Source of the DNA: Tubiluchus corallicola
Lineage: Eukaryota; Animalia; Priapulida
Direction of reading: 5' to 3'
DNA length: 64,000 nt
Assembly: GCA_030141605.1 (NCBI GenBank)
Contig: JAQGDQ010002411.1
Span: forward strand, 6,021 to 70,020
How positions within the stretch are numbered: the stretch's first letter is position 1; each line of letters starts with the position of its first letter. The notes under the pieces were generated by a model. It was not told the DNA's origin. It saw only the letters and a list, made by a program, of their open reading frames with translations, and ran no database searches. This document shows positions 56,527-64,000 of this stretch, piece after piece. The translations under genes and the position numbers were made by a program.

Positions 56527-57312
56527 TTACCAACTCCCTCCTGCGCCGCCTCCACCGAAGCCACCGCCTCCACCTCCAAACCCGCCAAAACTTCCACTTC
56601 CAGAACTGAAACTGCTGTAACCGCCTCCACGTCTACCTGAACCAAACATAGTGAGAGCTAACCAAAAAGGTAGGTTGCTACTTCCTACATTATGGTTTCT
56701 GGTGTTTCTAGCTTTTCCAAACATTGAAACTATTATCATTAATATAAGAATGATGAAGATAAAAGGGGGTAAGGCTCTTTTGGGGTTTTTGTCGCTCCAT
56801 TGTGCTGCAGTGAATTCTCCCTCGGTGAGTGCTATAAGTGTGTTTGTAGCTGTATGGATGCCTGCATAATAGTTGTTGTTTTTAAAATGTGGTATCATTT
56901 CTGTTTCTATGATTCGGTTGGCTATGGCATCAGGTACTAAGCCTTCTATATCGTAGCCAGTAGCGATGAAGGCTTCGCCTCGTGAGTTTCCGTATTTGGG
57001 TTTTATGAGTATGACTATCCCGTTGTTGATATTTCTTTTTTTGTCTCTTATGTTTTTACCTATTTGATAGGCATAGTCAGCTTTATCGTAGCCTGCAAGG
57101 TCTTTTACTATGACTACTGCTATTTGTGTGGAAGTTTGATTGTAGTAATGAACTAATTTTTGGTTAAGGGCGTTGTTTTCTTGTGGGTTAAGAGTGTTGC
57201 CTGTAAAGTCGTTGACGAAGCGGTATGGTTTTATAGGTGCGGGAATGTCTTCTTGCGCGTTGATGCTCAGAGTAGATGTTAGGAGTGCGAGTAGAGTAAG
57301 TAGTTTTTTCAT
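56527..57312 (-). CDS. TPM domain protein with Gly-rich C-terminus
   Basis: Signal peptide, VNDF, STQIAVV, IATGYDIEGLVPDA, GGFGGGGAGGSW. Confidence 0.9.
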   Translation of the reverse strand: MKKLLTLLALLTSTLSINAQEDIPAPIKPYRFVNDFTGNTLNPQENNALNQKLVHYYNQTSTQIAVVIVKDLAGYDKADYAYQIGKNIRDKKRNINNGIVILIKPKYGNSRGEAFIATGYDIEGLVPDAIANRIIETEMIPHFKNNNYYAGIHTATNTLIALTEGEFTAAQWSDKNPKRALPPFIFIILILMIIVSMFGKARNTRNHNVGSSNLPFWLALTMFGSGRRGGGYSSFSSGSGSFGGFGGGGGGFGGGGAGGSW

Positions 57313-57330
57313 AGTGTTTGTTATTGTATG

Positions 57331-57765
57331 TTAGTCTCCAAAGGATATGTCGTCTGGTAGTTCATTTATATCATCCTCTTGATAGGGAAAATAATTTTTT
57401 AGTTGTTGTCCACAAAGTCTAATGGCTTCGACCAATCCAGAGGCGAATTCGTGTTTCTCAAAATGTTCTAATGCTACATTGCGTATCTTCTTCCAAAATT
57501 TATCGGATACCTTAGCATTGATACCTGCATCGCCTATTACAGCAAATTTATGGTCAATAGTGGCAAGGTAGAACAGCACTCCGTTACGTAGTTCTGTTTT
57601 GTGCATTTTCAATTGTTCGAATACCTGTGTGGCTCTATCCAATGTATCTGTTTTGCAGTGGCTTTCCAGATGTACACGTATTTCTCCAGAGGTATTGAGT
57701 TCAGCCTCTTTGATGGCTTGTACCACATTTTGTTTTTCTGTTTTTGTGAGGAAGTCTCTTGCCAT
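57331..57765 (-). CDS. TPM domain protein
   Basis: AELNTSGEIRVH, RNGVLFY, GDAGIN, DINELPDDIS. Confidence 0.9.
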   Translation of the reverse strand: MARDFLTKTEKQNVVQAIKEAELNTSGEIRVHLESHCKTDTLDRATQVFEQLKMHKTELRNGVLFYLATIDHKFAVIGDAGINAKVSDKFWKKIRNVALEHFEKHEFASGLVEAIRLCGQQLKNYFPYQEDDINELPDDISFGD

Positions 57766-57766
57766 A

Positions 57767-58375
57767 TTATATATTGTTTTTTTCGAATTCTACTACAGGG
57801 GCTTTTTCGCTGCCTGCTTCGGCTTGGAAGTAGTCTTTGGGTGTGAAACCAAACATATTTGCCATAATGTTTTTGGGGAATGTTTTGATGGTGGCATTGT
57901 ACTGTTTTGTAGCATCGTTAAAATTTTTACGTTCTACTGCGATGCGATTCTCTGTGCCTTCCAATTGTGCTTGTAGGTTAGAGAAATTTTGATTGGCTTT
58001 AAGGTCAGGGTAACGTTCTACTACTACCATTAGGCGTGATAAGGCAGATGATAAGCCTGTTTGTGCAGCTTGAAATTGCTGTATGTTTTCTGCGGTAAGG
58101 TTGGAAGGGTCTATTTGTGTACTGGTGGCTTTGGCTCGTGCTTCTATTACGGCAGTGAATGTTTCTTGCTCGTGTGCTGCGTAGCCTTTTACAGTATTTA
58201 CAAGGTTGGGTATAAGGTCGGCTCTGCGTTGATAAACATTTTCCACATTTGCCCATTGTCCTTCTACTTGTTCGCCAAGGATAACCATAGAGTTGTAGTT
58301 TCTTTTTATGGAACTGTATATAATAATAACAGTAAGGACTATAATACCAATAGTAATGAGTTTCTTATTTTTCAT
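57767..58375 (-). CDS. lemA: LemA family protein
   Basis: YQRRADLIPNLVNTVKGYA, ERYPDLKANQNF, EGTENRIAVER. Confidence 0.95.
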   Translation of the reverse strand: MKNKKLITIGIIVLTVIIIYSSIKRNYNSMVILGEQVEGQWANVENVYQRRADLIPNLVNTVKGYAAHEQETFTAVIEARAKATSTQIDPSNLTAENIQQFQAAQTGLSSALSRLMVVVERYPDLKANQNFSNLQAQLEGTENRIAVERKNFNDATKQYNATIKTFPKNIMANMFGFTPKDYFQAEAGSEKAPVVEFEKNNI

Positions 58376-58481
58376 ATTAATAGCATAAAATAGTGAGTTT
58401 AATTAAAAAAATTTCACGAAGGTAGTAAAAATTAATATTATCGTATAGGGTGAAAGGTAAAATAATTTGTATTTAAGTGGG

Positions 58482-58913
58482 TCAAAAACACTTGTCATCT
58501 AAATCATCTGTAAGAGTTTTTCCGTCTTTATGTCTGTAGCATATCCATTGTTCTTTTACTTTTTTTATTAGCCAGTAGTTGTCTTTTTGTTCTAATGTGA
58601 TGGTTGTTTTTTTACCGTTTACAGAGTCGTCTAACCAACCTTTATCTACGACAATTACATATGTTTTTGTTTGAGAGATAGGTTGTAGTGTTATGCTAAA
58701 ATGAGGCACACTCTCAAATTGAAATAGGTTGGTAGGTTCTTCTATATAGCGCAAGGCTACTTGTATTGGGTATTGTATCCATTGTTTTTGTTCGGTTATG
58801 GCTTTTTCTATCTGTGTATTTATTTGGGTAATTTTTTTTATAGTGAGAGTATCCTGTGGTGTTGCTGTGTAAACGATAATAAATAGTAGCAATGTACTAA
58901 TTAATATTTTCAT
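58482..58913 (-). CDS. Small secreted hypothetical protein (LDDSV...W.C.R...C type)
   Basis: Signal peptide MKILISTLLLFIIVYTA, GWLDDSVNG, and two C-terminal Cys. Probable start at 58913. Confidence 0.65.
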   Translation of the reverse strand: MKILISTLLLFIIVYTATPQDTLTIKKITQINTQIEKAITEQKQWIQYPIQVALRYIEEPTNLFQFESVPHFSITLQPISQTKTYVIVVDKGWLDDSVNGKKTTITLEQKDNYWLIKKVKEQWICYRHKDGKTLTDDLDDKCF

Positions 58914-59069
58914 ATTTTTTCGCTTAATGTATTCTGTAATAGGGTGTTTGTGTGAATTAAACTTTACAAATTTAGTGAAAAAATAATATATTTTGCTTGT
59001 AGAGTTGTTTTTACGTAAAAAAATGTTTACTTTGCTATCAAAATGTATAATCTTAAATATTAATTTCAA

Positions 59070-60092
59070 ATGAAAAAATTATTACAATTATGTTTTGTGT
59101 TTGCCTTTGTTTTGAGTAGTTGCAACCAAGGTGGCAAGAAAAGTAAAAAAGATAAATATCCAGAACTTCACATACAAGCTAAGGCTTTGTTTGGTGCGGT
59201 ACCTAAACTAGTTGGAGGCAAGGGCAATGAAGTAACTGACACAAAGGTAGCATTGGGTAAGAAGTTGTATTTTGATGTAAGATTGTCTGTGGACAATACA
59301 ATTAGTTGCAATAGTTGCCATGACCTGAATACTTTTGGAATGGATAACAAGCAATTTTCAGAAGGAGTAGGGGGGAAGTTGGGAGATAGAAACTCGCCTA
59401 CGGTGTTTGATGCGGGTTTTCATTTTGCACAATTTTGGGATGGTAGGGCAAAGGATTTAGAAGAGCAGGCAGGTATGCCTATTCTAAACCCAGATGAGAT
59501 GGCTATCCCCAATGAGGAATTTTTGGTGGAGCGTCTTTCTAAGATAGAAGAGTATCAACAAATGTTTGCGAGTGCTTTTCCTGAGGAAGAACAGCCTCTT
59601 ACTTTCAAAAACATTCAAAATGCTATTGCTGCATTTGAGAGAAAGCTGGTAACAAGGTCAAAATTTGATGATTATGTAGAGGGCGATGCTTTTGCTCTGA
59701 CAGATGCAGAGAAAGAAGGTTTACAGATGTTTATAGATGTAGGCTGTGTTGCTTGTCATTCGGGCAGATTATTGGGTGGAACAATGTATCAAAAGTTTAG
59801 TTTGTTTGGTAATTATTGGGAGCTAACGGGTAGCAAAGTGATAGACGAAGGTAGATTTAAAGAAACGGGTGTTGAAGCAGATAAATATATTTTTAAAGCA
59901 TCCTCTTTGCGTAATATAGAAAAGACTGCTCCGTATTTTCACGATGGTAGTGTAGCTGACCTTTCAGATGCTGTAGATATTATTGCAAAGGCTGAATTGA
60001 ATAAGAATTTGTCATCTATGCAAAAGCTACAAATAGTAACATTTCTAAAAACATTAACGGGCGATATTGACGAGAGTTTAAAACAACAATAA
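59070..60092 (+). CDS. ccp: Di-heme cytochrome c peroxidase (lipoprotein)
   Basis: Lipobox LSSC, CNSCH and CVACH heme motifs, RNSPTV, QFWDGRA, APYFHDGS. Confidence 0.93.
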   Translation: MKKLLQLCFVFAFVLSSCNQGGKKSKKDKYPELHIQAKALFGAVPKLVGGKGNEVTDTKVALGKKLYFDVRLSVDNTISCNSCHDLNTFGMDNKQFSEGVGGKLGDRNSPTVFDAGFHFAQFWDGRAKDLEEQAGMPILNPDEMAIPNEEFLVERLSKIEEYQQMFASAFPEEEQPLTFKNIQNAIAAFERKLVTRSKFDDYVEGDAFALTDAEKEGLQMFIDVGCVACHSGRLLGGTMYQKFSLFGNYWELTGSKVIDEGRFKETGVEADKYIFKASSLRNIEKTAPYFHDGSVADLSDAVDIIAKAELNKNLSSMQKLQIVTFLKTLTGDIDESLKQQ

Positions 60093-60111
60093 ATAAGTTT
60101 TGCTTTTTGTG

Positions 60112-60139
60112 TTTGTAGGGGGCCTATGTCCCCTACAAA
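60112..60139. terminator. Hairpin between the convergent ccp and ispA genes
   Basis: TTTGTAGGGG...CCCCTACAAA 10-bp inverted repeat. Confidence 0.65.
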
Positions 60140-60148
60140 TTTCTACTT

Positions 60149-61132
60149 TTATCCTTTTCTGTTTTGTAGTTGTTCGATTAAATTCTTTAATTCTGTCTTT
60201 CTTGTCTCTTCTATTTGCAAGTTGTTTATTCCCATTATGGCTTCTTTGAAATATTTGTTAATCAACTTCTGGGTCATCTCTTTTATACCTACTTTTTCGT
60301 AAATATTTATTATTTCTTTTACTTTTTCTTCTTCAAGGCTATTTCCCAAAGATTTATGTAGTTTGTTGCTTAAGTCTGTTCCTTTTATTTCCTCAAAGGT
60401 TTTAATCAGTAGATATGTTTTCTTGTTTGCTATTATATCTCCTCCAATTTTTTTACCTGTGTGTTTTGTGTTGCCATATACGTCCAAGAAATCATCTTGT
60501 AGCTGAAAAGCTAAGCCCAGTGTTTGACCTAGGTGATATAACTCATCGGTCATTTTAGCATCAGCTCCCCCTAACACGGCTCCAATTTTCAGACTTCCTG
60601 CCAATAATACAGCTGTTTTTAGGCGTATCATTTCCAAATATTCTTCCACTGATACCATTTCTTCTTCTTTTCTCCCTTCAAAATTCATATCGTACATTTG
60701 TCCTTCACATACTTCTAATGCTGTTTTAGAGAAAATCTGTAATATTTCTTGTAGCTTATTTGTTCCACATTGGGCGATGTATTGATAAGCTAGTATTTGC
60801 ATTGCATCACCCGAAAGAATAGCTCTATTCGGATTCCATTTTTGGTAGACTGTTGGCTTACCTCTTCTTACGGGCGAGTTATCCATCAAATCATCGTGCA
60901 GTAAGGTGAAATTATGGAACAATTCTATTCCAATAGCAGGCAATAGGGCAGTCTCTACATTGTTTTTAAACAAGTTGTATCCCATCAGTACTAAAACAGC
61001 ACGTAATCGTTTGCCTCCATTACTTAAAGTGTATTCAATAGGCTCGTATAATTCCTTTGGTTCGTGCAGAATGTTCTGTTTTGCAATACCTCTATTTACA
61101 ATGTCATAAAGTTTTTTAAAAGAATATATCAT
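60149..61132 (-). CDS. ispA: Polyprenyl synthetase (IspA-like)
   Basis: GGKRLR, FHNFTLLHDDLMDNS...RRG, EGQMYDM, KTA, FQLQDDFLD. Confidence 0.9.
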   Translation of the reverse strand: MIYSFKKLYDIVNRGIAKQNILHEPKELYEPIEYTLSNGGKRLRAVLVLMGYNLFKNNVETALLPAIGIELFHNFTLLHDDLMDNSPVRRGKPTVYQKWNPNRAILSGDAMQILAYQYIAQCGTNKLQEILQIFSKTALEVCEGQMYDMNFEGRKEEEMVSVEEYLEMIRLKTAVLLAGSLKIGAVLGGADAKMTDELYHLGQTLGLAFQLQDDFLDVYGNTKHTGKKIGGDIIANKKTYLLIKTFEEIKGTDLSNKLHKSLGNSLEEEKVKEIINIYEKVGIKEMTQKLINKYFKEAIMGINNLQIEETRKTELKNLIEQLQNRKG

Positions 61133-63429
61133 ACCAGCTTTTTATTTTTGATAAAAGTCAGAATAAGGGAAGGAAGAAAAATCAAGTTAGAGAAAACAGC
61201 AATTAAGATGGTGGTAGCAACTAATACACCTAGGGCTACGGTGCCTCCAAATTCAGAAATAACAAAAATGCTAAATCCAAAAAACAGGATAATAGAGGTA
61301 TATATCATGCTTACTCCCGTTTCTCGTAATGCTAGGATAATAGAAGAGTTTACACTTCCTCCTGTTTCTTTTAGCTCTTGCCTATATTTTGCTAAAAAAT
61401 GAATTGTGTCGTCTACTGAAATGCCAAAAGCAATACTAAAAACTAAGATAGTAGAGACTTTAACAGGAATATTAAAATACCCCATAATAGCGGCAATGAA
61501 AATTAGTGGTAATAGGTTGGCAATCATTGCAATGAAAACCATACGTAAAGAAGACAGTAGCATTGCCATAAAACAAGCAATCAGCACTATAGCTATGGAT
61601 AAACTCAATAGCAGATTCTGTGTTAGATATTTATTTCCTTTGAAAAAAAGAACACTTTCGCCTGTAATGTTTATGTTAAATTTTTCTTTTGGTAGTATTC
61701 CATCAACAATAGCTGCAATTTTGTCATACAAATTGGCCATTTTATATGTTCCCACATCTGCTACAAAATACTGCATTCTTGCTACACGTCTTGTAGAGTC
61801 TACAAAGGCGTTCACCACACCCAAGCTATCGCCTTCAGACAAATATTTGCTAATAAACATTTGTTCATTGCGGGTGGGCAAGCGATAATATTTATTATTA
61901 CCATTGTAGTATGCTTGTGTAGTAAAGCGATAAGCGTCTAAAATGGAAGTAGAACGAGACAATTCAGGAACTTCTTTCAGTGCTTCATCTAATTTATCCA
62001 TAGATTTCAAAGTGGATAGTTGATTAATGCCTCTTTTTTTCTTACTATCTACTATTACTTCTAATGGAATAATACCTCCAAAATTTTGTTCAAAAAATTT
62101 AAAGTCGGTATAGGTTCTATTATTGTGAGGAATATCATCTATTACAAAACCTGTAGTTTTTAACAGACTAATACCTACTATGGCACTTATAAAAAACAAA
62201 GCTGTTAAAACATATATTTTTGTTCTATGATTGAGCACTACACTAATTATTTTCTCAATTGTAAATCTAAAAAGTCTATTGTTCAGATGATAAATATGAC
62301 GTTCTTTTGGAGGTGTAGCTAAACTAAACACAATAGGTACTAAGGTTAGCGATAGAAAAAATATGCCCATAATATTTATAGAGGCTATTACGCCAAACTC
62401 TCGTAATATTTTAGAGCTTGTTACGATAAAAGCAGCAAAACCAGTAGCTGTTGTCAGATTAGTAAGAAAGATAGCTCCCCCAATTTTAATAATCATCCGT
62501 TGTAATGCCTTAATTCTGTTTCTATGCCGTTGATATTCGTTGTGGTATTTGTTCAGTAGAAACACAAAATTGGGGACACCTATTACAATCAATAATGTAG
62601 GTACGATACCTGTTAGAAGATTGATTTTATATCCTAATAGGCTCAAACTCCCCATTGCCCAGACTACACTTACACTTACAACTACCAAGGCTAAGAAAAC
62701 AATTCTAACAGAACGAAAAAGCAAGTAGAGGATAATGGCCATTACTCCCAGAGCCAGAAAAATAAAAATGTTCAATTCCCGCTTTACCATCTTAGCTGTA
62801 ACAATTCTAATATAAGGCAAGCCAGAATAGTGCAATTCTATATTATGTTTTTTGGAAAAGTTAGCTGTAATTTTTAAAATGTCTTCAATTAAGCCTTCGC
62901 GTCTTTTGCTTTCCAGAAATTCCCTATTCAAAGATACAACCATCAAGTGTTTATCCAATGAATCCTTAAACATATAGTCAGCATAAAAAGGTAAATTTTT
63001 TAGCCGTTGTTTAAAAGTATCTAATTCCTTTTGACTTTTAAGGGTATCTTTTAAGATTTCTTCTATTACAAACTTTTTAGTGACTTTGTTGTGCTTCAAG
63101 TCAAAAATATTACCAACATACAGCACATTATCTATCCCCTCATTTTCTTTTAACTTATCTGCAAGCCTTTGAAAATCACTAAATTTCTTTAACTCAAAGA
63201 AGGCGTCGTCTTCTACTCCTATAACTATGTTGTTCCCCCCTTCATCGAAAATTTCTTTGAATTGTTCGTATTCTGTATAAGCTTTATCCTTTTTAGGTAG
63301 AATATGGGTATATTTATAAGAATATTCAACAGAACGCATCTTATAAAACATATAGGCTGTTATACCCACCAAAACAAATAGAATGAAAATTCTATACCTT
63401 AAAATAATTCCCGCAATAGAAACCCACAT
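61129..63429 (-). CDS. MMPL/RND-family transporter
   Basis: Two TM bundles, SGLPYIR, TNLTTATGF, GISVDDTIHFLAKYRQEL. Probable ATG at 63429, with promoter box TATTTTTG at 63467-63474. Confidence 0.9.
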   Translation of the reverse strand: MWVSIAGIILRYRIFILFVLVGITAYMFYKMRSVEYSYKYTHILPKKDKAYTEYEQFKEIFDEGGNNIVIGVEDDAFFELKKFSDFQRLADKLKENEGIDNVLYVGNIFDLKHNKVTKKFVIEEILKDTLKSQKELDTFKQRLKNLPFYADYMFKDSLDKHLMVVSLNREFLESKRREGLIEDILKITANFSKKHNIELHYSGLPYIRIVTAKMVKRELNIFIFLALGVMAIILYLLFRSVRIVFLALVVVSVSVVWAMGSLSLLGYKINLLTGIVPTLLIVIGVPNFVFLLNKYHNEYQRHRNRIKALQRMIIKIGGAIFLTNLTTATGFAAFIVTSSKILREFGVIASINIMGIFFLSLTLVPIVFSLATPPKERHIYHLNNRLFRFTIEKIISVVLNHRTKIYVLTALFFISAIVGISLLKTTGFVIDDIPHNNRTYTDFKFFEQNFGGIIPLEVIVDSKKKRGINQLSTLKSMDKLDEALKEVPELSRSTSILDAYRFTTQAYYNGNNKYYRLPTRNEQMFISKYLSEGDSLGVVNAFVDSTRRVARMQYFVADVGTYKMANLYDKIAAIVDGILPKEKFNINITGESVLFFKGNKYLTQNLLLSLSIAIVLIACFMAMLLSSLRMVFIAMIANLLPLIFIAAIMGYFNIPVKVSTILVFSIAFGISVDDTIHFLAKYRQELKETGGSVNSSIILALRETGVSMIYTSIILFFGFSIFVISEFGGTVALGVLVATTILIAVFSNLIFLPSLILTFIKNKKLV

Positions 63430-63577
63430 ACTTACGTTAAATCTGTACAACAATATAAAGATGCCACAAAAATAAAAACTTTTATACCAAAGAATAATAG
63501 AAACACATTTTTATTTGTCATACTAAAAACATATTTTTGTAGCTACAATATGAAAAAAACGGTATAAGATATAAAGA

Positions 63578-64000
63578 ATGAGAGCATTTATTATATTATT
63601 ATTAGCAGTAATAAGTATTAACAGTCAGGCTCAAAAAAATGAGCAAACAAGAAAAATATCTTCTTTTCAAAGAATAGAAGCTAATGGAATATTTACAATA
63701 CAACTGAAAGAAGGAACAGAAGAAAGTTTAAAAATAACATCTGAAGAAAAAAATCCCAACTTAATAATTACAGAAATAAAAAAAAATACACTTTATATAA
63801 CAGCTAAAAAAGGAATATTTCAAAGAACAGATATTACGATATATATCACTTACAAAGACTTACACGGAATAACTGCCAAAAATAAAGCCCTTATTCTCAA
63901 CCAATCGACCATAAAACAACCTTATTTAGAACTAATAGCTCTAAGCGGCTCTAAAATACAAACACGCATAGATGTAGAAAACCATATAGGTCTATGTTAA
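63578..64000 (+). CDS. DUF2807/GIN-domain (autotransporter-adhesin head-like) protein, short or truncated
   Basis: Signal peptide, TRKISSFQRIEANG, TEIKKNTLYI, IYITYKDLHGI. The stop falls at the last three bases of the window. Confidence 0.7.
   Translation: MRAFIILLLAVISINSQAQKNEQTRKISSFQRIEANGIFTIQLKEGTEESLKITSEEKNPNLIITEIKKNTLYITAKKGIFQRTDITIYITYKDLHGITAKNKALILNQSTIKQPYLELIALSGSKIQTRIDVENHIGLC

Noticed and set aside
60112-60139. GTAG-type REP element
   Set aside because: Single copy in the window with no RAYT transposase. It is explained as a terminator between convergent genes.
61654-61681. Perfect XerD arm TTATGTTAAAT near the skew change
   Set aside because: It lies inside the MMPL coding sequence and has no recognisable XerC arm. 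A lone AT-rich 11-mer is expected by chance.
63950-64000. Premature stop in the DUF2807 gene
   Set aside because: The stop falls at the window edge, so a frameshift or split gene cannot be assessed without downstream sequence.
1-64000. CRISPR array, DGR, prophage, IS element, tRNA or rRNA
   Set aside because: I found no repeat-spacer periodicity, no reverse transcriptase, integrase, transposase or phage genes, and no tRNA or rRNA signatures. The lipoprotein duplicates do not show an adenine-specific TR/VR pattern.

Overview
AT-rich chromosomal segment from a Bacteroidota bacterium, most likely Bacteroidales or Marinilabiliales-like. This is judged from the TAnnTTTG -7 promoters, the DUF3822-rsmD, mlaD-dnaA, folP-cdaA and rpsP-rimM gene orders, and the DUF4301 and DUF2807 genes. 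Most of the window is housekeeping: pstAB-phoU, hflX, tonB, sod, pgm, murG, rimM/rpsP, thiL, dnaG, aroBDA, dnaA, nhaA, mrp, cdaA, folP, lemA-TPM, ccp, ispA and an MMPL transporter. A surface-glycan region spans about 14.5-32.5 kb. I see no tRNA, rRNA, CRISPR array, transposase, integrase or prophage. The most notable observations are: (1) three tandem paralogous surface lipoproteins with a type-V-pilin-like layout, the last ending in 21 Asp; (2) a HipBST-like toxin-antitoxin locus whose kinase ORF is intact but lacks its catalytic residues, with a decayed HipS; (3) a wbp-type diamino-uronic-acid pathway with a formyltransferase instead of the WbpD acetyltransferase and one in-frame TAG in the epimerase; (4) an MlaD fused to an amidase-type SPOR-like domain; (5) a perfect 19-bp palindrome upstream of sod made of two back-to-back promoter boxes; (6) a sigma-54 activator with a pseudo-receiver domain; (7) a 51-bp repeat expansion in rpsP; (8) a strong, patchy strand-composition bias. 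Family assignments come from recognising motifs by eye, not from database searches.
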